From Vibrio cholerae ATCC 14035 (GTDB lineage Bacteria > Pseudomonadota > Gammaproteobacteria > Enterobacterales > Vibrionaceae), in assembly GCF_000621645.1 (NCBI RefSeq), contig NZ_JHXR01000001.1, forward strand, positions 180,001 through 212,000: a stretch of 32,000 bases of DNA, written 5' to 3'. Both the position numbers and the translations under genes were made by a program. Position 1 is the first letter of the stretch; every line of letters starts with the position of its first letter. The notes beneath the pieces were generated by a model, which saw nothing but the letters and a program-made list of their open reading frames with translations, had not been told where the DNA came from and searched no databases. This document shows, piece by piece, positions 1-9,508 of the stretch.

Positions 1-673
<673 letters not shown>

Positions 674-689
674 TTAAAAGCTGCAACAG

Positions 690-718
690 ATAATCGGACT
701 TAACTTGTTTAAAGTCAA
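690..718 (-). promoter_or_regulatory. Candidate sigma70 promoter for gapA (-35 TTGACT, 17-nt spacer, -10 GATTAT)
   Basis: Minus strand reads TTGACT (complement of 713-718), 17 nt, then GATTAT (complement of 690-695). A T-rich tract lies immediately upstream. Hexamer match by eye only. Confidence 0.3.
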
Positions 719-796
719 AAAAAAGCGTCGCTTTTTTTCACAATCGTTTGCAACTGATTAACTTTTAAACTTGAGCCTGCTTTTTATGCTTACCAA

Positions 797-825
797 TTGA
801 CGTAGAATGTGGCGATGGTTAAGTA
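797..825 (+). promoter_or_regulatory. Candidate sigma70 promoter for msrB (-35 TTGACG, 17-nt spacer, -10 TAAGTA)
   Basis: TTGACG at 797-802 and TAAGTA at 820-825, about 85 nt upstream of the msrB ATG. Match by eye only. Confidence 0.3.
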
Positions 826-909
826 CCGCACACACTAAAAAATCTTGCTCAAAATAGAGTGAAAAAGTATGTGCCACAAACTCTGAATTAGGCAAGTTTT
901 TCACAAAAA

Positions 910-1353
910 ATGGTCAGTGAAGCGATAAGTAAAAAGGAAATAGAAAGGGTGAAATTCGAATCAAAAGATCTGCACAAGCCTGATGAATACTGGCGTGAGC
1001 ACCTGACGGAAGAGGCGTTTTATGTCTGCCGCCAACAGGGGACAGAAGCACCATACTCAGGTAAGTTGTTACACAATAAAGACACGGGTCTTTACCACTG
1101 TACCTGTTGCCAAAGCGCTCTGTTTAGCTCTGAAAATAAATACGATTCGGGCTGCGGTTGGCCAAGTTTTGATGCGCCGATTAATGAACAGGTGATACGC
1201 TTTTTGGATGACTTTAGTCACGGAATGGTGCGTACCGAAATTCGTTGTGCAGCCTGTGATAGCCACCTTGGACATGTTTTTGAAGACGGTCCTAAGACGA
1301 CAGGATTGAGATTTTGTGTTAACTCGGTGTCGTTAATTTTCAACAAAAAGTGA
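910..1353 (+). CDS. msrB: Peptide-methionine (R)-S-oxide reductase MsrB
   Basis: 147-aa ORF. It has two CxxC zinc motifs (HCTCCQS, RCAACDS) and the GCGWPSF / HLGHVF / RFCVNS signature blocks remembered from E. coli MsrB. An alternative GTG start at 949 follows an AAGGAA SD, so the start is uncertain. Confidence 0.93.
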
Positions 1354-1466
1354 ATATTGCCAGACGACTTGGAGTGTTAGGTGGGTGCCAAGTGAGTTCA
1401 TCCCCGAGCACCAATAGGTTATGCGATGGGAAATAACCGCCGTCAACAGCGCTGCATCTTTAAGTC

Positions 1467-1505
1467 GGAAGGGATCAGCGGCCAAGAAATTCGCCGCTGA
1501 TTTCC
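1467..1505 (-). terminator. Hairpin (13 bp with a 3-nt bulge) 9 nt downstream of the lipoprotein gene stop; no clear U-tail
   Basis: ggaa(ggg)atcagcggc ... gccgctgatttcc seen directly. It lies in the convergent msrB/lipoprotein gap. The lack of a T-run makes intrinsic-terminator function uncertain. Confidence 0.35.
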
Positions 1506-1513
1506 GAGGCACT

Positions 1514-2338
1514 TCACCCTTCGTTAGGTTTAGGCAGGGTAGTCTTGGTGTAACTGCCGTTACGGATCGTTTTAGCAATCGTGCTGGCAGTATCATCCAA
1601 TGCGGCAAACTTCTCTTGGCTAAAACCGTAAAGCCGTTTCATTTCTGTTGTGGACGCAACCGAAACCCCAAACTCTTTGCCAATCATTGCCCACAGATAA
1701 GCATGCTCTTTATCATGCAGAGCATGGTAGTTACTGGCTAAGGCTTTCAATATCTCAATATTGACGGGTTGACCATTGCTGAGCTCAAGTGTTTTATGCA
1801 GCAGCTCGATGGTTTTCGGTTTATCGCGGTCAGTGTAAAAAGTGGCGAGGGCGTACTGCATCTCGGCCGTTTCTAATTCAGGCTTACCTTCCAACTGCAA
1901 AAAGGCACGCCGCGCCGCGTGATCACCAATCTGACTCCACAAGAAATAGAGTGCTTGTGGTGAATTGGATTGTTTCAGTTCAGCCACGATACGTTCTTGC
2001 TCTTTGCCTGAATTGACCAAAGCATTAAAGCGATTCTCTTTTAGCTTCGTTTGATCAATCGCTTGGATTTGCGAAGCAAGCTCAAGACATTTTCGATAAG
2101 CACTGACCAAATGGTATTCTTTGATGCTTTTTTCATCGCTCGGTGATTTCAAAATTTCAAAGCGGTGCCATATCAGATCGGTTCTGGGAATGCGGCATTG
2201 CCCATCATCCATATTGAGCTGTTCACAGCGCAGATTGGGGTTGTCGGCACAGAGCTTTTCGGTGTTCTTGCGATTCTCGAAACAGCCACTTAACAGCACT
2301 AGGCTTGCGAGAATAAGTAATGGTTTAGTCAAATTCAT
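1514..2338 (-). CDS. Putative lipoprotein of unknown function (recalled as resembling the DUF2989 family of Vibrio/Shewanella)
   Basis: 274-aa ORF. The N-terminus MNLTKPLLILASLVLLSGC is a signal peptide with a lipobox (L-S-G-C). Three further Cys fall in the first 50 residues, and the C-terminal half looks like helical repeats. The family assignment is from memory only. Confidence 0.8.
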   Translation of the reverse strand: MNLTKPLLILASLVLLSGCFENRKNTEKLCADNPNLRCEQLNMDDGQCRIPRTDLIWHRFEILKSPSDEKSIKEYHLVSAYRKCLELASQIQAIDQTKLKENRFNALVNSGKEQERIVAELKQSNSPQALYFLWSQIGDHAARRAFLQLEGKPELETAEMQYALATFYTDRDKPKTIELLHKTLELSNGQPVNIEILKALASNYHALHDKEHAYLWAMIGKEFGVSVASTTEMKRLYGFSQEKFAALDDTASTIAKTIRNGSYTKTTLPKPNEG

Positions 2339-2381
2339 GATATCGGCTTGTGATCAAATACACTTATTTATTTAGCTGTTC

Positions 2382-2409
2382 TTGACGCATTACGCTAGCT
2401 CGTTATGTT
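2382..2409 (+). promoter_or_regulatory. Candidate sigma70 promoter for yeaC-like gene (-35 TTGACG, 16-nt spacer, -10 TATGTT)
   Basis: TTGACG at 2382-2387 and TATGTT at 2404-2409. A second TTGACGC copy follows at 2408-2414. Match by eye only. Confidence 0.3.
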
Positions 2410-2441
2410 GACGCCACATCACTTTTGAGCAGGATGAGATC

Positions 2442-2729
2442 ATGGACACCCAACAACTGATTAATGCGATTACGCCTGAAGCTTATCAGCGCCTACTGTA
2501 CGCCGTAGAAACGGGCAAGTGGCCTGAGGGTACACCACTTTCACAACAGCAGCGAGATTCCTGTATGCAAGCTGTGATGTTGTATCAATCTAAGCATAAT
2601 ACACAGGCAGACCATATGTCGGTTGGCGTGGGAGGCGAGGTGGTTTTTAAATCCAAAGCGGAACTGAAAAAGCGTTTTTCGGAAGGGGAAGAGGATATTC
2701 TGCGCGTTAACCCCAACCAAGAGGCATAA
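2442..2729 (+). CDS. yeaC: YeaC-family protein (DUF1315)
   Basis: 95-aa ORF with an AGGATGAG SD. Its size and its position beside msrB/gapA match E. coli yeaC. The sequence similarity is recalled, not computed. Confidence 0.8.
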   Translation: MDTQQLINAITPEAYQRLLYAVETGKWPEGTPLSQQQRDSCMQAVMLYQSKHNTQADHMSVGVGGEVVFKSKAELKKRFSEGEEDILRVNPNQEA

Positions 2730-2747
2730 ATAATCCTCAATCTAATA

Positions 2748-2774
2748 ATGAGCCTCGCATTACGCGAGGCTCAT
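2748..2774. terminator. Perfect 11-bp hairpin between convergent yeaC and ansA (probable bidirectional terminator)
   Basis: atgagcctcgc-attac-gcgaggctcat seen directly. It lies 19 nt after the yeaC stop. Flanking T/A runs are short on both strands. Confidence 0.6.
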
Positions 2775-2826
2775 TGGCAACCATGTTAAATGGGGGAGAT
2801 CGCTTTTCGATCTTCTGCTTCAACCA

Positions 2827-3840
2827 CTACAGCGTCATTTCACCACGTAACACTTGCTGCATTTTGGCTTTCACTTCTTCATAGGAAAGGTTCTGGCTGA
2901 GTAGATAATGCAGTTTGGCGAGCGCCGCTTCAGGCGTCATGTCATAGCCACTGATCACGCCCGCATCAGCCAGTGCACAACCTGTGGCGTAGCCGCCCAT
3001 ATTGACTTTGCCCGCAAGACATTGGGTCAGGTTCACCACAATCACCCCACGTTCAGAGGCCGCTTTGAGCTGAGCTAGTAACTCAGGATTCTGCGGTGCA
3101 TTGCCGACACCGAAGGTGAGCAGGATCATCGCATTCACGGGTTGCAATAGGGTATTGCGGATCACCTCATGAGAAATGCCGGGGTACATGGTAATCACAC
3201 CAATCGGTTGTGGCGTGATCGGGTTGACTTTGAACTCACCACTCGGTTTTTCATCCACTTTGACGTTGGTGCTCAATTCAATATTGATGCCTGCTTCCAA
3301 TAGAGGTGGTAGGTTTGGCGAGCTGAAAGCACTAAAACCGTCGGCGTGTGATTTGCGGCTGCGGTTGCCACGCATCAAACGATTATTGAAGAACAGAGTC
3401 ACTTCATTGATAGGGTAATTGGCTGCGACGTGCAAGGCATTGAGCAAGTTGGCTTGGCCGTCTGAACGCAGATCCGCCAGTGGAATTTGTGAGCCTGTGA
3501 CAATCACAGGTTTGCCTAAGTTTTCGAACATGAACGACAGTGCTGAAGCTGTGTAAGCCATGGTATCCGTACCGTGGAGGATTACAAAGCCGTCGTATTT
3601 GTCGTAGTTGGCCGCAATATCGTCAGCAATAAGCTGCCAATCAGCAGGCGTCATGTCAGATGAATCCATCAAAGGATCGTATTCATGAATGGTAAACAGA
3701 GGCATTTCTGGACGGTGAAACTCGGGCATGCTGGCTAATTGCTTTTCCATAAACCCTGCAACAGGAACGTAGCCGTGATCCGATTTTTTCATGCCAATGG
3801 TGCCGCCAGTATAGGCGATATAAATATGTTTTCTTGCCAT
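2827..3840 (-). CDS. ansA: Cytoplasmic L-asparaginase I
   Basis: 337-aa ORF. The N-terminus IYIAYTGGTIGM carries the asparaginase catalytic Thr motif, followed by HGTDTM. There is no signal peptide, which indicates type I. Confidence 0.95.
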   Translation of the reverse strand: MARKHIYIAYTGGTIGMKKSDHGYVPVAGFMEKQLASMPEFHRPEMPLFTIHEYDPLMDSSDMTPADWQLIADDIAANYDKYDGFVILHGTDTMAYTASALSFMFENLGKPVIVTGSQIPLADLRSDGQANLLNALHVAANYPINEVTLFFNNRLMRGNRSRKSHADGFSAFSSPNLPPLLEAGINIELSTNVKVDEKPSGEFKVNPITPQPIGVITMYPGISHEVIRNTLLQPVNAMILLTFGVGNAPQNPELLAQLKAASERGVIVVNLTQCLAGKVNMGGYATGCALADAGVISGYDMTPEAALAKLHYLLSQNLSYEEVKAKMQQVLRGEMTL

Positions 3841-3876
3841 AGCGAGAAATCACTCAGTGTAGGGAACAGAGCGGCG

Positions 3877-3882
3877 ATTATA
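3877..3882 (-). promoter_or_regulatory. Perfect TATAAT -10 hexamer about 35 nt upstream of ansA
   Basis: The complement of 3877-3882 is TATAAT. It sits between the sppA terminator and the ansA ATG. I found no good -35. Confidence 0.3.
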
Positions 3883-3896
3883 GCGAAAACTCTTGC

Positions 3897-3928
3897 AATA
3901 AAAAGAGGCGCTTCTTGCAAAGCGCCTC
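3897..3928 (-). terminator. Rho-independent terminator of sppA
   Basis: Minus strand reads gaggcgct-ttgcaaga-agcgcctc followed by TTTTTATT. It lies 29 nt after the sppA stop. Confidence 0.7.
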
Positions 3929-3956
3929 GGTATATCAAGGGTTGTGACCGCGTAGA

Positions 3957-5807
3957 CTATTCTACTTGGCAGGGCAGACAGAACGCATATTGCCCTTTAG
4001 GATCATTCAATTGATTGAGCAGCGACGTTTGTTGTTGCCACTCTACTGCCAAGGGTTGCAGTGATTTTGGCAAGAGAGTGGAGACATCCAAACCTAAGCT
4101 GACACGTACTTGTCCGAGCAGATCTTGTAAAAATTGCTGGGCTGGAGTGAGTGGCTCTTCAACCCAGTACAGGTTATATTGATCCAACTGTGCCAGATCC
4201 GCTGCCAAATGTACGGCATCATCAAAATCACCCAACTGATCGACTAAACCGAGGGTTTGTGCATCTTGTGCAGTCCAGACTCGGCCCTGAGCCAGTTCAT
4301 CCACTGCTTTTAAGGTCAGGCCACGTTTCTCTGCAACCAAAGAAATAAAGCGCTGATAACCGTGTTCAATACCCAGTTGAATCGCATCTTTTGCACCTTG
4401 GGTGAGGCCCGTGGTCAGGCCTTGTCCTGAAAAAGGCGTTGTACCAACACCATCAGTATAAATACCAAGGTTGTTCAGTCCTTTCTCGAAGGTAGTGATC
4501 ACGCTGAAAATACCGATTGAACCTGTCAGTGTGGTCGGTTGGGCGACAATCTTATCTGCGCTCATCGAAATCCAGTAACCACCGGAAGCGGCAAGGCTTG
4601 ACATCGACACCACCACAGGTTTCCCCGCCGCTTTCAGAGCTTCAATTTCATTGCGGATCACTTCGGAAGCAAACGCGCTACCCCCTGGGCTATCGACACG
4701 CAGTACGACCGCTTTTACATTGCTGTCGTTACGAGCTTCGCGCAGTAATCCAGCTACGGTATCGCCACCCACGGTACCACGTGGCTGTGAGCCATCCATA
4801 ATCGCACCGCTCGCGACGACAACGGCAATATCGTTGGCATCGGTCAGTGTCGTTGGCTTAATGGTGGTTTTGTATTCGTAGTAACCGATGGCGTTATAAC
4901 TGTCTTTTCCATCGCTACCAAAAGTTTCCGCTAACGTTTGGCGAACTTGCTGACGAGTCGCCAGTTCATCGACGAGACCGACTTTTTTGGACAGTGCAGC
5001 TAAGTCACCATTCACTTCTTTCAACTGAGCGACAAACTGCTCCATGCTTGGAGTAAGGGTTTTGATCTCAATTTGGCGATTGGCCGCGACATCATCGACG
5101 TACGCGCTCCACAACTGAGTGAGCCAGCGAGAAGCGGATTCACGAGCCGCATCAGACATATCATCACGCACAAAAGGCTCAATTGCCGATTTGTAGGTGC
5201 CGACACGAAAGACGTGAGTGGTGACATCCAATTTCTCAAGCAGAGTTTTGTAGTACATGGAGTAGGCGCTGTAACCTTTTAGCAGTACGGCACCATCTGG
5301 AGCGAGGTAGATTTTGTCCGCATAACTCGCCAAGTAATATTGGCTCTGATTATAAAAATCCCCAACCGCAAACACAGGCTTACCAGAGGCTTTGAATTCG
5401 TTGATCGCTTTGGCGATATAACGCAGCTTAGTCAAGTTGGTTTCTGGCATGTCTCCTAAAGCCAACACAAGCCCGGTGACATTGTTGTCATTTTTCGCAT
5501 GGCGTAAGGTTTCAACAATATCAAACAGCACGTTTTCGCGGGGGAGCTCTTCACCAAACACGGAGCCCGTAAAGGAGTCCATCGGGTTGATGTGCGTACT
5601 CTGCTCAACAATCGGGCCAGACAGATTGAGCACCAGTGCCGAGGATTTATCCATGGTGGGTAGCGGGGCGTCAGCGTGGACATAAATAAAGTAAATAATG
5701 CCAATACTGAGTAAGAAAATAAGGTTAGTCAGTGCCAGCCTGATGAAGGTGATCGCTTTCCAAATCCCTTTCAAAATCAGCCCAACAAAACGAAATAGTG
5801 ATTTCAT
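3957..5807 (-). CDS. sppA: Signal peptide peptidase SppA (protease IV), 67K type
   Basis: The ORF-track entry extends to 5885. I place the start at the MKSLFRFVGLILKGIW Met (complement of 5805-5807), which is preceded by GGAGA and parallels the remembered E. coli SppA N-terminus (MRTLWRFIAGFFKW). The protein has duplicated ClpP/crotonase-like S49 domains. Confidence 0.93.
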   Translation of the reverse strand: MKSLFRFVGLILKGIWKAITFIRLALTNLIFLLSIGIIYFIYVHADAPLPTMDKSSALVLNLSGPIVEQSTHINPMDSFTGSVFGEELPRENVLFDIVETLRHAKNDNNVTGLVLALGDMPETNLTKLRYIAKAINEFKASGKPVFAVGDFYNQSQYYLASYADKIYLAPDGAVLLKGYSAYSMYYKTLLEKLDVTTHVFRVGTYKSAIEPFVRDDMSDAARESASRWLTQLWSAYVDDVAANRQIEIKTLTPSMEQFVAQLKEVNGDLAALSKKVGLVDELATRQQVRQTLAETFGSDGKDSYNAIGYYEYKTTIKPTTLTDANDIAVVVASGAIMDGSQPRGTVGGDTVAGLLREARNDSNVKAVVLRVDSPGGSAFASEVIRNEIEALKAAGKPVVVSMSSLAASGGYWISMSADKIVAQPTTLTGSIGIFSVITTFEKGLNNLGIYTDGVGTTPFSGQGLTTGLTQGAKDAIQLGIEHGYQRFISLVAEKRGLTLKAVDELAQGRVWTAQDAQTLGLVDQLGDFDDAVHLAADLAQLDQYNLYWVEEPLTPAQQFLQDLLGQVRVSLGLDVSTLLPKSLQPLAVEWQQQTSLLNQLNDPKGQYAFCLPCQVE

Positions 5808-5945
5808 GGTATCTCCAGACCAACGGAGTGGCACAACACTCCAAAGCTTCAGATGTCTAGTGCATATCAGCGCACAACGAACCACATCCTACGTTATCTG
5901 ATCGGGGCAAACAACAATCTTGCAAACCAGCGTAACCTTGATCGC

Positions 5946-5969
5946 TGTTACACAAATGTAAACACTTGT

Positions 5970-5982
<13 letters not shown>
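5946..5982 (+). promoter_or_regulatory. Four phased TGTnA direct repeats (ArcA-box-like array) upstream of and overlapping the fadH promoter
   Basis: TGTTA at 5946, TGTAA at 5957, TGTTT at 5967 and TGTAA at 5978. The spacing is 11, 10 and 11 bp. This resembles the 11-bp-phased TGTTA direct-repeat architecture of ArcA-P operators. No PWM was run. Confidence 0.3.
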
Positions 5983-8037
<2,055 letters not shown>

Positions 8038-8062
8038 CTTGTTGAGTGAAAACCATGAACGG

Positions 8063-8092
8063 CAAAGGGCACTTCGGTGCCCTTTGTTATTG
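8063..8092 (+). terminator. Rho-independent terminator after fadH (hairpin shared with convergent purU)
   Basis: caaagggcac-ttcg-gtgccctttg followed by ttattg. The 10-bp perfect stem has a UUCG tetraloop. Confidence 0.7.
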
Positions 8093-8110
8093 TCTACTGC
8101 TGAGGGTTCG

Positions 8111-8944
8111 TTACAAAATGACGGTCTTGTTGCCGTAGACAAACACATGATCATTCAGCACTTTGTTGAGAGCCTTACTGAGTACATTCTTCTCTACATC
8201 GCGCCCAGCTTGCGCCATATCTTGCGCGCTAAAGGTATGATCGACCGGAATCACGTCTTGCTTGATGATCGGCCCTTCATCGAGATCGTTCGTCACAAAA
8301 TGCGCTGTTGCACCAATGATTTTTACACCGCGCTCATAGGCTTGCTGATACGGCTTCGCACCGATAAAAGCGGGCAAGAAACTGTGGTGGATATTGATGA
8401 TTTTATGGTGAAAACGCTCCACAAACGCAGGTGTCAGCACACGCATATATTTGGCGAGAACCAGATAATCTGGCTGATATTGGTCAATCACATCTAACAG
8501 TGCTTGTTCGTGAGCTTCACGCGACAAACCTTCATGGGACACACAGTGGTAAGGAATATCAAAACGCTCAGTCAAACGTTGCAGTGTGTCATAGTTGCCG
8601 ACTACCGCAGCAATATCCACATCCAGACTACCATCGTAGTTTTTCATCAAAATATCGCCTAAGCAGTGCGCTTCTTTAGTCACCAGAATGACGATGCGTT
8701 TGCGGCTCGAACTGATCAGTTTACGCCTAGTACCTTGAGGTAGAGCATGGTCGAGGTCGGCCAGCAGCGTTGCGTCATTGAAATAACCTTCCAATTCGGT
8801 ACGCATGAAAAAATGACCGCTGGCATTATCCACGAATTCATTATTGTGGATGATGTTGAGTTGATGCTTGTAACAAATATTGGTGATCTTGGAGATCAGT
8901 CCCGGCGCATCAGGACAATGCGTCAGCAGGGTTTTTTTTTCCAT
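8111..8944 (-). CDS. purU: Formyltetrahydrofolate deformylase
   Basis: The ORF-track entry extends to 9100. I place the start at MEKKTLLTHCPDAPGLISKITNICYKHQLNIIHNNEFVD (complement of 8942-8944), which aligns with the remembered E. coli PurU N-terminus. GGAAG lies 9 nt upstream. The protein has an ACT domain plus a formyltransferase domain (HHSFLPAF). Confidence 0.93.
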   Translation of the reverse strand: MEKKTLLTHCPDAPGLISKITNICYKHQLNIIHNNEFVDNASGHFFMRTELEGYFNDATLLADLDHALPQGTRRKLISSSRKRIVILVTKEAHCLGDILMKNYDGSLDVDIAAVVGNYDTLQRLTERFDIPYHCVSHEGLSREAHEQALLDVIDQYQPDYLVLAKYMRVLTPAFVERFHHKIINIHHSFLPAFIGAKPYQQAYERGVKIIGATAHFVTNDLDEGPIIKQDVIPVDHTFSAQDMAQAGRDVEKNVLSKALNKVLNDHVFVYGNKTVIL

Positions 8945-9049
8945 TGATAACAACTTCCATGCAAAAATAAAAATCCCCTTTCTCTTTGAAATAACAAGGC
9001 TATTTTTTGCCATTTCAGCCAGTCTGGGTCTAGCGAATTTTTTCATTCT

Positions 9050-9090
9050 AAAAAACAAATCGGCGGCGGCTGAACGGTGAGCCAGCCCGC
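9050..9090 (-). promoter_or_regulatory. Terminator-like GC hairpin plus U-tract in the purU 5' region
   Basis: Minus strand reads GCGGGCUGG-CUCACCGUU-CAGCCGCCGCCG followed by AUUUGUUUUUU, about 105-145 nt upstream of the purU ATG. The stem needs one or two bulges. There is no upstream same-strand gene for it to terminate. Confidence 0.3.
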
Positions 9091-9213
9091 AAATACGCAC
9101 CTATAATTAATCTATTATCAAGACAGATTCAATCGCTTTAGCCAAGTAATACTTAGGTTCATTGTGCATTGAGTAGGTAGTTTCTTATTGTTGAGAGTAG
9201 TAAGGGGTCGGAT

Positions 9214-9417
9214 ATGGATAAAGAACTTCTCGCACGTAAATTGTATGTCGAGCGGGTAGAGGCACTGCTCGGGGATCAGCCTATGGATGAGCATATTTTG
9301 GAAGAGATGTGGGAAAACCGCGCCTCCCCTTCTGAAGCAGCCAAAGCCATGACCATCACCCCGACATCGGGTTATGATGCTCCACCTTGGCTTGCCCGTT
9401 ATCTCAATCGCAAGTAA
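9214..9417 (+). CDS. Small acidic hypothetical protein (67 aa)
   Basis: AAGGGG SD 6-8 nt upstream of the ATG. The ORF has the same orientation as yoaA and lies just upstream of it. I recognise no family. Confidence 0.6.
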   Translation: MDKELLARKLYVERVEALLGDQPMDEHILEEMWENRASPSEAAKAMTITPTSGYDAPPWLARYLNRK

Positions 9418-9427
9418 ATCTTTCTCT

Positions 9428-9458
9428 GCGGTGTGAATGAGATTGTCATTCGCACCGC
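9428..9458 (+). other. 13-bp hairpin between the 67-aa ORF and yoaA
   Basis: gcggtgtgaatga-gattg-tcattcgcaccgc, with one G.U pair. It starts 11 nt after the small-ORF stop. No U-tail follows. Confidence 0.4.
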
Positions 9459-9508
9459 TGCTGAAAACCTGCCATAATCGCGCCATTTCCGTTGCACAAC
9501 GAACTGGC

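Noticed and set aside
868-885. 5-codon mini-ORF (MCHKL) 24 nt upstream of msrB
   Set aside because: It is too short to evaluate and has only a weak SD-like GAGTGA. It is probably coincidental.
2796-2814. 6-bp hairpin (agatcg/cgatct) just downstream of the ansA stop
   Set aside because: The stem is short and there is no U-tail on the ansA strand. The perfect 11-bp hairpin at 2748-2774 is the more plausible terminator.
5808-5885. N-terminal extensions shown in the ORF track: sppA 5808-5885, fadH 5983-6036, purU 8945-9100, yoaA 9437-9508, slp-like 12490-12540, yfbR 22259-22375
   Set aside because: In each case an internal Met has a proper SD and reproduces the N-terminus remembered for the E. 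coli orthologue. The extensions have no SD and run through promoter, terminator or operator sequence.
5939-5954. Possible CRP site upstream of fadH (TGATCgctgttACACA)
   Set aside because: The left half matches TGTGA at only 2 of 5 positions. The region is better explained as part of the phased TGTnA repeats.
9112-9126. Possible LexA (SOS) box upstream of the small ORF/yoaA (CTATtatcaagACAG)
   Set aside because: The spacing is 7 rather than 8, and the left half is CTAT rather than CTGT. This is not a credible match to CTGT-N8-ACAG.
8945-9130. ZTP (pfl) or other folate/purine riboswitch in the purU leader
   Set aside because: I could not align the region to the ZTP consensus as I remember it (GGGUCGUGAC...CCGCCUGGGC). 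Only a generic terminator-like hairpin is visible. An Infernal scan is needed to exclude it formally.
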